DNA from: the human T2T-CHM13v2.0 reference genome, Homo sapiens
NCBI RefSeq assembly: GCF_009914755.1
Contig: NC_060926.1
Length of the DNA: 64,000 nt
Strand: one strand, 5' to 3'
Position numbers and translations under genes: made by a program. Shown here in pieces: positions 27,311-42,830 of this stretch. Numbering within the stretch: the stretch's first letter is position 1; every line of letters starts with the position of its first letter. The notes below the pieces were generated by a model. It was not told where the DNA came from and did not search any database. It saw only the letters and a program-made list of their open reading frames with translations.

Positions 27311-28922
27311 AATGAACATTTATTTAGTTTACTATTCCTGTAATATTAAACCAAAGAAGAGAAAGAAGGAAAGTATGGGAAAATAGTATGGAGGGACAAC
27401 ATTGGGTGTGTCCCTCAAAGAGAATGGTGTATATTATTGAGGTCTTTTTTGCTCCCGCCTTTAAGATAGAGTATAATGAATGCCTTGACTGTCATTTAAT
27501 TTTTTTTTTCCTGTTGTTGCTGCTTCCTGCCTTCCTCCACACCACCCCACTACATACCCCTAAGCCTTTTTACATCCTGCTTTGGATGACTATTGAAGGT
27601 ATTGAATAAGCATCTCTTTTAGAGAAGTGCTGTCTGATCTATGTTTTTACTGCCCTTAGGAGATGAAATCCATATTCAAAAGGGACTAGAAGATAGTGTT
27701 TATATTTGCTGCTTTTTTTGGTAGTGTTTCCCTTGTGAAGAATACAGTGAGTTTTTGGGTGTTTGGTTTTTTGTTTTTTTTTTTAAACTGATCAGTGTTT
27801 TGGTATTCTAATGTAACTTATGTAGATTGGTAATCCTTAAATGCTTTGGGTTCAGGTGCTAGGGAAAGTCAGTGGATACTTCGAGATTAGAAGCCTTGCT
27901 TGTGGAGTGTTCTCAGCTGAAGGCTTCCCTCTACCTTCTAGGTAAACCAAGCAAAGGTCAAGCAGCTCCCAAGGTGGCAATGACTCAGCAGCTCCGGCAG
28001 CAATAGACTCCATGCCTGACCCTGGGATGGCCTCTGAAGCCACTGAAGCTATTCTTTCCTCTTGAGAAGAGGCTAACTTTGGAATCAGATTAGACAGGGA
28101 AGCCTTCACTAGCCAGAAACTTTGATATGAAAGAGTCCCTCGGGAATGGAAAAGGCACTTTAATACATCCAATTCTGAGCCTTACTAGAATTTTTTTTCT
28201 TTCCATTCACCTCTCTTCTTTAATTCCGGTGCCTATTTCCTGGCTGTTTCTAGTACAGTGGCTTCATTCCCTGGCAGCCGTGGGGACTCAGGAGCAGACT
28301 GGGTGCTGCTGTTTCTCTTGCCCCGCTTGGCCTCAAAGTTTCTGTAGTTCTAAAGTACAACAGAAACAGTTCTGTTTTTGTTTTAATTAACAGGCTCACA
28401 CACATGGCTCGTGTGTTTTTCAAACGCATGAAATGAAAACCAGTGACAGTTCTCGCAGGAGCAGGAAGCCGCATGTATACAGTTCGTGCAAAGCAGCTTT
28501 TCTTTAAGATCCTCCCGGGTTTTGAGCATCACAATGGGTATGTGAGGTCATCTTAACCTGTGAAGATTTTGGCATCAAGGAAGGGAAAACAGTGATTGTA
28601 AGTCTCTGAAGGTTTACCCAGTTTTTGTTCATAAAATGACACCTTTTAGGTTAAAGCATGCCTCTCTTAACACCACACTAATACCGCCTGTTAAGAATGT
28701 TTGCTTTTAGAGTAGGTGGAAGGCTCCCAACGGGGTTTTTTCCTTGCAAATTAACTGCTGAAGGCACTTAGACCCTTCTACAGGGAAAGCCCAGTGGCTG
28801 CTCCTCTGAGTGTGTCCCCTTCGTTTCATCAGCACTGCCTTGTCTTTCAGGGCTCTCAAAGATTGAAGAGTGTTGGTCTTTAGTAAGGGAACAAAGACGG
28901 CAGATGAATACATTGCTACCTG

Positions 28923-28923
<1 letters not shown>

Positions 28924-28974
<51 letters not shown>
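28924..28974. repeat. Uninterrupted poly(T), 51 nt
   Basis: Direct reading. Confidence 0.95.
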
Positions 28975-28975
<1 letters not shown>

Positions 28976-30233
28976 GTAAGCAAAGATAAAAGTGTTCAGT
29001 TTAATTCCCTTCACATTGTGCTGTGTTCTTATGCAGTCAATTCATACCTAGGAATTTTAGAAGCGCAGGGATTTTTCTTAAGGAGGCACATCTCTGCAGA
29101 AAATATGTGAGGGAGAGTGTTTGTGAAAGAGCATGTGTAGCATTTAAGAAAAACATTGGCAGGAGTTTGGTGTTAATCCCCAGATAAGGAGTAGAAACAC
29201 TTGTGAAAATTTTCTGCAGTTTATAAAACAAAACTACTCTGTACAACAACCCCATGCAACACCTAATCTTTTTAAGTAGGTATGTGAGAAATCTTGGCAA
29301 GAAAAAAATAAAATAAAAGTCTGGACAACATCTTACCATTAAAATACAGAGAGAGAATTTTAAAATGTGCCTAAAATAAAATAATGATATTAGAAATCAT
29401 CTGGGTAGAACTCTAGTAGTATAACAGCTGTAGGTTTGAGCCCTGTAATTATACTGGGAAAATCTCTTCTAACTCTCCCATCTTTAATTTCACTGAAAAG
29501 GCAGGTGGCTATTTATAGATGGTATATTTTTATATATGCATACGTGAAGGGTGAATAACAGCCTACGGGGCTCCAGGAAATCCTAGAAGGGTCCAAACCC
29601 ACACCAATGTGGACTGAAATAAGCAATTCATAAATCTGTTCTATTTTTCTCTGATTTACCCCCCTCAGTGGCATTAAACCGAATTCATAAAACTTGGTTC
29701 TTCACTTCTCCTCACTGTGTGACATTTCTTACATCTGAATCTGTGTTCTTTACATTTCATGCTAAAGTAAACTAGTTAAAAAGGGTACGATTAAAATGCC
29801 AGCTCTTTAGTAAACACACATTGTGTCTCTTACTCTCTTTGGTTCTTTAAAAAAAAAAAAAAAAGATCTAGTCACTTGGAATTTTCTCAATTTGTGGATT
29901 TGTAGTAGAAGGAAAAAAGGAAGTTTGACCAAGACAATAGTTGTTTATTATAAGGGACCCAGTTCAACAAGTACTGATCAAGCAGCCACTACACTGAAGG
30001 TACTAGGAAAAGGACTGGAGGGACGCAGATCAAAGTAAGACAAAGTCCACCTGAAGTAACTGTCAACATAGTTGGAGTAAGGAGGGTGTCCCCCAAGGAA
30101 GAATAAGCAAAGAACTTTAATGCTGGATAGAACCTGGCACATGTCAGTGTAGAAGCACAAATGCTGTTTGGAATAATATTACCTGACATTTGGTGGCATT
30201 TACTGTTTTTAAAAGCTCTTTTCACATTCACTA

Positions 30234-30567
<334 letters not shown>

Positions 30568-33500
30568 GTTGAAGCTATTGTGAGGAATTCAGATGTACCT
30601 TAGCTGAGGGTTTACTTTACTTTGTAAGGACCATTTAGGGAGCAGAAGCCCACCTCTTTTTGGTCGTTAAGCTTCTTTTAATGCTTTCCACCTGTAAAGC
30701 TCTTTATGCTGGTGGGCCCTGGCATCAGATTCAGCTTAGAGTGTAAGAAGTGGTCTCCAAGAGATGTGCATCTAACGAGCAAGAAAGGAAATTTGGGAGG
30801 CAGGGAAAAAGTGGAGAGGAGTGAGGAGATAGATAAAGTTCTATCTAGGCCATGAATAAAGACAAGTTGTTTGAATCATCTAACCTAATACTACTTACCC
30901 TTAGAAAATCTGATCCCCAAACTTCAGCTTGGCCTTGCAGAATCTAGAGGCTAATTGAATTAAAAGGAAAAGCATGCCAGGGAGAGTATGGTGGGACAGA
31001 GACTAGGAAATATGGTACCAGCAATGAAAGCATATGCGGCATAACCTAGCACCGATGACATTTTTCAATTTCCAAAGGAAAAAAACAAATGGCATACAGC
31101 ATTTGGTTCCAGTTTCCAGGCCTGGAGTCTCTGGAGGGAGGGTTGGGGGTGGCAGCTGGTCATAGCAGCTTTTTGCAGCAGACATAGGGAACACATCCTT
31201 AGCTAAAATCATGAATTATCTTCACCTCCAATAGATGGTTTCTTGAGGACCTACCACATGCCAGGTGCTGTGCTAGCCCTGTGTGTTTAGCACAGTGGCT
31301 GCTGGGACTCACTCTCTCCAGTCTCAGCCAGTGCATCAACCCACAAACAGCACACCTCGCTTATTTCCCACACTAGCTTCTGGAGGGGGATGAGGACAGT
31401 GGGCCAAAAAACACTGTGCTTTTCATTTCAGAAGTGTCTTTGTCCCCAGGTTCCTACAGTACTAATGAATAAATAGCAGCATCTTGATCACGTTGTAAAG
31501 ATGGGGAAACCAGCACCGTGAGTCTAAAAGTAGCTTGTGCCGTGTCACAAGTAAATTATAACAGGCCAAGCCACAATGAAGGATCCACCCAGGTCACCCA
31601 GTGACTCTGAATTTAGTCATCTTTCCCCCACAGCCGTAGGTTTTGAAGATGTGGTATGGTCTAAAGGAACCTGAGAGGGGCAAGGGAGGGGTGGGGTATG
31701 GGGACCAGCTTTGTCAAGGGAAGCAGGGTGGTACAAACATGTCACCAAGGACAATAAAGATTAGCTGTTTGTACTTTGTTGATAATAATGATCATTGTCT
31801 TTATAATTGCTAACATTTATTGAGCATTACCTGTATGCTAAGTCTTGAGTACAATATGGTATAGTGGTCAAGATAGCTCACACGAAGCCTAAACCATAGT
31901 ACTTGGCATCTAATAAGTGATCAATAAACATCAACATTATTATTCTTATATAATTATCTCATTTACTCTTCACAATATCCCTAGGAGATAAGTATAATTA
32001 TTCCCCATTTGACTTGTAAGGGAACTCAGGCTCTAAAAGGCAAGCTGGAGAGCCGCAAAATTGGCTCCAGTCTGTGCCCCTAATCACCATGCCACAAATA
32101 TTTACCAAGGTTTTAATGCCTGCCATTCTCTATTATTATTCTCAATTTAATCCAGAACCATTCAAAAAGGAGGAAAATAACTTACATCAGGACAGAATGG
32201 AATCGAGGAGGGGATTTTCAGTGTTAGTCCCCAGAATGTATTTATTTTTTTCTTGGTGAGATGCAGAAGGCTTGTAAATGCTGTTTACATTCTGAAGTGC
32301 CAGATGCTCCCCAGTCTTGTCCTGCCTAAGTTTCTACATTGGGGTCCTAGGGCTTGGCAGCAAGAGGGAGCTTGGGAAGGTGCTTCCCAGACACCACGTC
32401 TAGCCCCTCAGGAGTTGGTGTCCGAGTCCCTAAGAGGCCTCCTCCACTGCCACAGGCCCCTTCCCTGCCCATTCCAGCCCTGAAGAACAGGGCAGGCTCA
32501 AGGAGGGTGGGACAGGGGCTTAGTGAGAAAACTTATCCTTCTTGCAGAACAGGACAGGCTGTCTTTCTGCTAACAGTGAGTCAGTGAGTGGGAAAATGAG
32601 GAAGACAAACCCCAGCACCACGGAAACCCCCTTCCTGAAGGCCTGTGTGAAGAATCACAAAAACATTCACGTGATTCTTATCGTATATGTCCTATCAATA
32701 TCATCATAATGAAATGGCGACATTGATAGCTGTCACTTAATGTGTCAACTATGTTCTGTGTTAAGCACTTATATTAACTCATTTAATCCATACATTGTGA
32801 GATGGAAATTATTATTTTCATCTTACAGGCTTTCAATACGAACTTGTGAAGTCATACGGACTGTTAGAGTCGGACATGAGCTCAAGAGAGAGTTGTGCAA
32901 GTATCCTACCCTAAATCCCTTTTAATTATCCCCAGTTTAACAGGGCAACTGAGGCACAGAATTTAACTGGGCCTTAAGGAGGTACACTGGGGAATATTTT
33001 AGGTCTGCTTCCCATTGAAGTGCTCTTGGGAAACCATTCTTGGGCAAGAGTGAAAACAGTTGCAGAGAATGTAGTTAAATCCCTCTGTCCTTCCACCCTG
33101 ACCCCAGGAAGTGTAAACTCTGAAGACAACACTCTTTCTGTTATTGTTATCCTTAAAAAAGAAAAAAACACATGAAATAATTTCACAAGTTTCAACAACA
33201 ACAAATTCAGGGCATCTGCAGAGAAAGAAGTGGGTCATTGTCTTTCTTCTGGTGCTGAATGTCAAGGTAAAATAACATCTTGCACCCCCATTCCACGGTA
33301 CCACCCCCTTCTGGATTTGTGGTTCTGGGGGCTTACAATATTTGCCAGCAAGAAAACTGAATTTCCAACAGAGGGAAAGTTCCAGTCATCGGGGACTTCA
33401 TAGAAGAAATTGGTAAAAAGAAAGCGAAGTCTTTGCCCAGTACAACTGTCTACTAATCTGCTAGTTAAAGCCTGATGTTAGTTAGATATCATGGAGGGCT

Positions 33501-35199
33501 GGAGTCCATTCTTTAGTTTATCCAGGGCCTAGGTGAGCTCTAGATTGCTTACAAATTCTACATTCTCACAGAAAATCAAGCATGCATAAAAAAGATGAAA
33601 GGGGGGGATGGTGGTGGTGTGTGGTATGTGTGGTATATGTGCGTGTGTGTGCATGTATGTGTGTGTGTACTATTTCAAATAAAGGGGGATGGTGGGGGGG
33701 TTGTTCAAGCTGGATTTTGCTGCTCTAAAGGGGAGCAGATGATGAGGGCAAATCTAAATGTTCAGATAAGATCTTTTTCATTTTGTCCATTATTAAAAGA
33801 CTATTTCTTACACATTCTCTCTCTCTCATGATTGACATTGAAATGCTACATTTCTCATTGTTACCTTCTGGGTCTTGTTCCATGAAGGCTGACATGGATG
33901 TCAAATGGATGGCATCTGACACCCTTACACAAAGACACATACCAGTCTGAAAGGAGATTATTTAATTTTTAGCAGAAAAGAATCCATTCTAAGGATGATT
34001 TATTGTCATTTTGATCACCATTTGTACTTACAATTCCAAGGAGTTAAATTAGAAAATAACACACTTTCTTTAGGAAAAAATATCAATGCCTTATTAATTT
34101 GCCACCAGTACTCCCAGCTTCCAGCATAGCAGGCATCTGCCAGTCCCTCTTGCACATTCTTCAAAGGCCAAACGGCTTGATAAAGTCAGAAGACCCAGAA
34201 AATGAGAACAACTGTTTCCAACCATACCATCCTCTCAAGCACAAAGAAGTTTCCTCTTGCCGTCAGCACAAGTGGCTAACAAAAAAGAAGGCTAAAAATT
34301 AAACTTTTCGAGTCCTTCATTCAGACTCCATTAGGAGCACTCCCTCTACAAAAGTGAATTCATGTTTCGTTTGAGGTGGGAATCTATTTCACTAGGAGTT
34401 AAATGAAACAGCAAGGAAATTCCGTTAGTTCATCTCTGATGACAGGAAGGCAACATACAATTCCTCCATTCACCAAGTGGTTTTTGGTCTACAAGTTGTA
34501 CAAAATGTTTATTTCAGATAACTAAGTCCTCTTTCAGTGCAAACTACCACTATTATATATTTAAAACTGCTCTGCATTTGTCTCTCAGATTACTAAAATC
34601 TGAGCTGTTGAGGTGACTACTGAAAAAAATCTAAATGCAATCTCTACTGTCCAATCAGAATGCTATCTAAATTGCTTTTTATTATTTAAATTATAAAACA
34701 CAATTTCTAGTAGTGAGAACATTAGGTTTGGATATCTCTGAATAGGCATAGAAAGACTCAACAGGTTCTACCTCCAAGACAGTTACTGCATGGGTAGGAG
34801 TAAACATTAATATGTCTCTTAATGCTGGCTATTTGGTTTTAAAAATGAAGGACCCAGATATAGCCTTTTGCGTAGGATCAGCCTTTAAGAAAAATTACAA
34901 TGGAGCTAGCCTCATTTTCCTTGGGGATGCTTCTTTTAACCTAGAGATCTTGGGGACACTTCTTTTAACCTAGAGATCTTTCTTACCTGTCACTCTCAAC
35001 CAAGAAAAAGGAAACACAGAGATGGAATGCATTAAAAAAAAAAAAAGATCAAAGGGAAAACTCAGGAAAGAGAGGGCAAGATAGCAAGAGAGAATTCTGA
35101 ACACAGCCCTGTTCCTGAGCCACTGACACCTTTATTCAATCATTCTTTTGACAACCATGAATTGACTTTCCATCATTACTCTCACTCCCTGCACCTGAG

Positions 35200-35390
35200 T
35201 TATAATAAGCAGTAACATGCATGAGTTTTGATGTGCCAGGCATACATGTAGAGTGTACTAAGCACTCTATACATCTTATCTCATGCGATTCTTTCAACAG
35301 CTCTCTGAGACACATACTATTATCCCCATTTTAAAGATAGGGAAAGCTGAGACACCAAGAGGTTAAGTAATTTGCCCAAGACCCCTCAAC
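35200..35390 (-). mobile_element. MIR
   Basis: tattatccccattttaaagatagggaaagctgagacaccaagaggttaagtaatttgcccaag. Confidence 0.75.
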
Positions 35391-37110
35391 TCGTATGCGT
35401 GCTGCTTCTCTCGCTCCCTGAATTTTTTTCCAGCCCTGACTACTAAACTGTTGATATCCACAGAATCAACCCCGTTTCTTTGAAATATTGCTAAAACTGC
35501 GATTAGCTTTTCCTGTGATTCAAGTACATCTATCCCAGTCATGTGTTACTCGTTAGCAGAAAATTAGGCCCTGCTTTTCCATGATCTACATTTAATGACC
35601 TCACCCCACGTGGCAGGGTTCCACAGGAGGATCATGGCCACCTGTTGGGCTGATAGACTGATGGAGCCACAGGGGGCTTGGACTTAGCTCATCTCCTTGT
35701 GTTCTTAGGTATAAAAGGCAGAGAAGCCTGATAAGAGCACCCCTGGGCAAGAGGCCTCTGGAGGTCGGCAGCGAAGTCCAGGCAACTCCCTGCATATGCT
35801 CCGCAGTGCTCCCCCTGTGCTCAGGCTCCAAACTCCCCTTGAAAATGAGAGAGTTGAGAGATAACCACAGATTCCCTAAGGAGGTTGGGAGTTGCTTGTA
35901 AAAGACACATTAATGGCTCCCTCCAAGCATGAAAAAAAGTCATCATTGTCATTCCAGTTTGGGGAAATATCTTCAGCTGAGCTCTTGGGTTCATGGTGCT
36001 AAGCAAGCCAAGGACACAAGAATGTCCCAGAGCCAAACTAGGGTCCTCCACCCTATAGTCTGAGATGTCCCTTTCCCTCCCTGGGGCATCCTGGGTAGGA
36101 CAACATGGATGTTTAAAAGCCTCCTCATCTGCACTGTTGGAAGAAGAAGGTGGGGCAGGCATCTCTCTAACAGCCAGCCAGTTATTGTAGTTCCTTCTAC
36201 AGGACTTGCCTCAGGGGACAGAGGGCAGATTACATGGAAAAAGACAGCCACGCTCTTCCTGATGTTGTCAAGGACTGGCATGCTCCATGGCCATCCCCTG
36301 CAGTTCTGCAGGTTCTTGGTGTTTAAGAAGCATCGTGGACTACTGGGACAAGGTAATTGGGTTGAGATCTAACAGCTGGTATTATACATTTTACTCTGCT
36401 GGAATCTGCAACTTATCCTCGGCTGTGTCCTCTCCCTCAATCCTTACAATCAGCCAACCACCATAGATTCTGCTTCCTCCCCACGACCAGTACCTGTTGC
36501 TTTGATCACTCTAATGGCGCCTTAACTGGCCTCCCTGCCTCCATTTTGGTCCCTCCTCCAATTCCTCCACACCCTGTGCTAGAGGGAATTATGGCAAATG
36601 CAACGATGACAATGTCTCTTCCTTGTTTAAAACCCCTAAGCATGGCCTGCAAAGCCTTCCTTGATCTCTGCCTGGCTCTCCAGCCTTATCTCCCACTATT
36701 CCCGCTCTGCAGAGAATATTCTGGCCGTGTTGATCTGTTATGGTTGCCCTGCACACTCATGTGTCACAAGAATTCATTTTTTGATGAAAGAGAGAATTTG
36801 TGGCTATTATGACCATTGAAAGCTAACAAGCCCCTTATTGGACGCACTCCAGCCATCTTTGCTCCCACCAGAAAGGGGCTAGAATGCGAGTCCAGAAGGA
36901 AATCAGAGCGAAGGCCTGGACTTCCTCTACTCCTGATCACTCTAGGACAACTAAAGGAATCCTCAAAAAAAGGGGGCACTACAGGACTGAAAGAAGAAAA
37001 AAAAAGCAAATCAAAAAAGATTAAGTATTATTAGTACCTAAAAAGCAGCGATTTTCTTCTATTCAATTTCTAGTGCCCAACACAATATCCAGTGCATAGC
37101 AGATGCTCAG

Positions 37111-37885
<775 letters not shown>

Positions 37886-37997
37886 CTCAGTGAATGTTTG
37901 TTGGATAAATAAATAAAAGAATAAATGAACAGATCACCTGTGGGAAATTATTTGGAGCTAAATAAAGCATTAACACCCTTAGGAATATGACTTATAC

Positions 37998-38420
37998 TCC
38001 CAGCTACTCAGCTGAGGCTGGAGGATGGCTTGACCCCAGGAGTTCGAGGCTGCGGTGAGCTATGATGGTGCCACTGCACCCCAGCCTGGATGACAGAGCC
38101 AGACCCTGAGAAAGAAAGAAGGAAGGAAGGAAGGAAGGTAGGAAGGAAGGGAGGAAAGAGAGAGAGAAGGAAAGAAAGAAAGAGAAAGAAAGAGAGAAAG
38201 AGAGAGAAGAAAGAGAAAGAGAGAGAAGAAAGAAAGAGAAAAGAAGGAAAGAGAGAAAGAGAGAGAGGGAGGGAGGAAGGAAGGAAAGAAGGAAGGAAGG
38301 AGAAGGGAAGGGAAGGGAAGGGAAAGGTGAAGGGGAAGGGAGGAGGGAGGGAGGGAGGGAGGGAGGAAGGAAGGAAGGAAGGAAGGAAGGAAGGAAGGAA
38401 GGAAGGAAAGAGAAAAGAAA
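37998..38420 (+). repeat. 5'-truncated Alu right arm (37998-38110) whose tail has expanded into ~310 bp of GA/GGAA low-complexity sequence
   Basis: Direct reading. Confidence 0.9.
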
Positions 38421-39835
38421 ATCTGATGGAAACTATGAGCTCAGTCCCCAGAAAAATACAAGTATAGTCATACACACAGAAGATTTTAGACAATGTCCTC
38501 CTAACCCACTCCCACTCCCACAAAACCCATTTAACCAAGATTAAGAACTCCTGAATTAAAAGACACAGGTAGAATATTTAGGATTTTTCACCTTTTCTTT
38601 GAACACACTGAAAACATAAAGGCCTGAGAATGGTGATGGACTGTAGGAGAGTAACCTGGCCCAGAAATGCAGAGACCCGAATTCCAAATCCAGCTTTGCC
38701 ATCATTCAGTTCCTTTTGTTCACTCTTCTACTCACTCCCAACCCCAGTAAACTATAGATGCTTTTAGGGTCAGAGGACAGGCTAATGAGATAATGCTGGT
38801 AAAGCACTTTGCCCCCAAGAAAAGGTTCCTATGTAAACACAAGATATTATTAGACATTATCAAACTTTGGCTGGGCCAGCAGTGACCCAGCCACAGTGGT
38901 GAGTCCTCTTCCTTATCTACTGTTTGGCCAAATTGGGTTTTTCTCCAAGGCAGGAGTGTGGGAGGTCTGCTGCTGGCTGGTGTTGGGAACTTTGATAAGT
39001 GAACCCTATCACATCCCCTTAAGCAGTGCAAACAGATCATTTGACTACATTTGATGAAAGGCCTCATCCTTTGCTAACAGTGAGTCCCAAATCTCTTTGT
39101 GCGTACATATTGAACAATCTTCAGAAAATCTTCAGGGAATCTTCCTTTACTGTGTGCGTTAACTTCAATGCGAATTATTCAAATATATCAACAGGAAAAT
39201 AAATCTTATTTCATGTTTGGTGGTTGTGATTTATTTATTACCTCTTAGGAATTATTACATAGGATTTCCCCTTTATTTCTGCTGTTCATGGCCAATTTGA
39301 AAAAAGAAGAAAATAATGATACCACTGGTTTCAGGGATATTGGTTTCAGAACTTATTAAAAATAAAAAGAAAAGAGTAATTTCTACAATTCGTAAATTGC
39401 CATCAAACTGAAATGCCTTAAACTAACATTTCCTCTCCTTCCCCCGCCAAAAAAGGAAAAAAAAAAAAAGTAATTGCTCAACTTCCACAAGAATTTTTTC
39501 TAAAAATCTCAAGGCAGCTTTTTTTGCTTCATCAGAATTGACAAGGAGGATATAGTAAACTGAGAGAAACATAAAATAACCACAATAATTCTCATCAACA
39601 CAAAGATGACATAGAATCTTAACAAAGACCCTTAAGGAATCCCACTACAAAGGAAAAGGAATTCACCCATAATTACCCACTTCTCATGCACACTAAGGCT
39701 ATCTGACATATGATATTAGCCAGCTCTGCATTCAGTCATACTACCAAATTTCAACAGTCATACTTTTCAATCAGAAGAATGATCTTTCAAAGAGATTGTT
39801 GAGTTTTAACTGTGTTGTGTATGAGAATCTTCTCT

Positions 39836-39920
39836 CCCCCTTCCTTCCTTCCTTCCTTCCTTCCTCCCTCCCTCTCTCCCTTCCTCCCTCCCTCCCTCCC
39901 TTCCTCCCTTCCTTCTTTCC
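39836..39920. repeat. (CCTT)n/(CCCT)n microsatellite
   Basis: Direct reading. Confidence 0.9.
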
Positions 39921-41429
39921 ATAAGCACCTATTGATCACCTATTATGTACCAGGCATAATGCTAAGTAAAGGTGAATAACATACACCTGTTACCTATAAG
40001 ATGAGTATTTAAACCATTCAGACAGCAGATCTTGATACTTTTGGATGGGCAAAGATGCACCTTGGGAAGAGGATATTGTCTTCTATATGTGGGAAGGAGG
40101 GGTAAGGAAGGAGCAAGAAGGGATCGCTGGTAAGAATGATTGCACTTGGAAGACAAGTTTGTCTTCAGACAAGTTTGAAAGGCATAGTTACGATCCACTG
40201 CTAATATTCTTACCATTTTACTTCCTCTCCTTCTTCCTCCTGTGGATCAAACATTTAATGGCTACTCAGAACCACCTTAAATGACCTCCACTCTAACCTA
40301 TGATATGTGATCTATGTGTTTGTACGCAGGATACATGTATTTATATCACAGGCTCAATTATGAAGGTGTGCTGTTTCAAAATCTTTTTTTCCTCTCCAAA
40401 TACTGTGTCCTAGGAACATTCATGCCTTATCAAAAAGGAGTAAGGATGAATGAAAGAGAACCCCCAGTAGGTTTTAGAAAAGGTATACACTGAAATTGTT
40501 TAAGTACACATTTAACATTTACTAGAAATAGCTCTGATTGCAAGAGAAAATTAAAGTAGACAAAAGCCTATAATCAGATTTATGCTATCTGATCATGTAA
40601 TTAGACCTGGCTTTTAGGCCATCCTAACAAGTTTATTTGAAAAGGAAGAGAGATCATTGTTTATTGGAACGGCAATAATTTGGGTTTCTTTAATTGACTC
40701 CTGGTGTGAATACGTTGATGCCTGCTGCTAAGAGGCAACATGGAAAGTTTCCAGGAAAAGTTCACATTCCAGGAGAAGCTTTGGAATCTACTTTCCATTG
40801 CAACCCAATTCAGCCTTTGGGTTTGAGTTTGTAACAAAACACCAGCTTTCAAAGGCAGCCTCACCAGGCAGCAGCCTCCACAGCAGTGCCAGGGGCTGGG
40901 TAAGGAGCCCGGCACTTGGCTGGCCCATCAGGATAACAGAGGGTGTTTCCAAAATCCATCCTTCCCCATGTCCAAAGCACTAAGGGTGCCGAAGGCTGTG
41001 GCTACGAGAGCCAACAATGATTCAGAAACTGCCCTAACATTCTGATATTAAGTCAGCCCGAGAGAGGCCGCGATGAAGGCAGGAGGGGAGTGAAAGAGAT
41101 TTCTCCTTCCAGTGCTCCCAAATTCCCAAAAGCAGTGTTGCCAGTTGCCTGCAAAAAATGAATATACTCCCTAGAAATTTAATAAGGTACAAAATAAAAA
41201 CAATCCATAACCCACTTGTAAGCAGAGGCATGTTTCGAAGTTCCTCACTACTCTCTGCCCTGGCAAATTGACATTTTCCTTATAGGGAGTTTTAGGAGAG
41301 AAGGAAGGTAGAGACTGGGGGTCCTGAAAGAGGAAGTGGAGATTTCAAAGACTGGTTTGATTCTGACAGCCTAACTGATACCAACTCTCTCTCTCTCTCT
41401 CTTTTGCTTTCTCACTCTGTCTCTCTCAT

Positions 41430-41630
41430 AACAACTACCATTTGTTCAGCACATCCATGGCACGTATTACTTCAGTTCATCCTTACAACAACCTTGCAAA
41501 GTTAATGGTATTATTCCAATATTACAGATAGGGAAAATGAGGTTCAAAGAGGTTAAGTAACCAGTTCAGGATCATAGGGTAAATTTAGCCAGGATTTCAA
41601 CCTAAACCCGTCGGACTCCAAAATCCAGTC
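41430..41630 (-). mobile_element. MIR
   Basis: attacagatagggaaaatgaggttcaaagaggttaagtaac. Confidence 0.75.
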
Positions 41631-41953
41631 AGCTCACTGCCATCCCAGAGTACCTGGCTGCACTCTTCCTGCCATCCCCATGGCTTGGCCAAGGCAGGCA
41701 GGGACAGCAGTGGCAGCCAGTCGTCCTGCGCATGAGGTCATATGATGTTTTACTCTCTAAATCAGTCTCTATTTCCTATAGCTCTCTCTGGAAGAGATCA
41801 AGCATTTTTATCCCATCTTCTTCTTTTTTTCTATTTCGGTCTTACCTTTCCAGGAAATGGAGAGCCATTGGCCAGAATAGAAAACAAAAGCAACCCCATG
41901 TCTCCATCTGGCCCACAGGTTCCCTTGAGGCGAAGGATGTGGGGCCAGGCTGA

Positions 41954-42302
<349 letters not shown>

Positions 42303-42830
42303 GAGAGCCACCTTTCAAAAGCGCAAATCCAATCAACTGTGCTGCTTCAGAACTTGTGAGGGCCCCCCATGGAGAACCCCTTACACTGACATACAGGCCC
42401 CACCTGATCTGGCCTCTACCCACTCCCACCTTCACCCCTTACCTCCTTCCTCCTTGCTGGTGTCCCCAAGTCACACTGGCCATCTTTCAGGTGGTGAGCC
42501 AAGCACTCTCTTACCTCGGGCCTCAATCTGGGAATGCTATTCCTACCCACTCCACGCGCATAGCCCAGCAGGCTTTCTCTCTCTATGGTTTAAGCTGAAA
42601 TGTTCCCATCTCAGAGAAGATTCCACTGACTCCACTATTTAATTAGGTACCTCTCCATCTCCATCATTCTTCGGCTAAGTTCCCTATTCAATTCCTTTTT
42701 GGAACTTACTACAACTTATATACCTTTTTTCTTTGTTTGTTTATTGTCTGTCACCCCATCCAGGCCCCCAGCACAGAGCCTGGCACATATTAGATGCTCA
42801 AAAAAAATTTGTTAAATGAATGAATGCACG
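42303..42830 (+). mobile_element. L2 3' remnant
   Basis: Pyrimidine-rich body ending 'agcacagagcctggcacatattagatgctca...tgttaaatgaatgaatg'. Confidence 0.65.

Noticed and set aside
33598-33700. Repeated aaaggggg(gg)atggtgg flanking a TG-rich tract
   Set aside because: Short and low-complexity; best explained by slippage around a degenerate microsatellite.
38008-38538. K/E/R/G-rich and F/S/L/P-rich ORFs (also 971-1312 and 43139-43327)
   Set aside because: Translations of GA-rich microsatellites.
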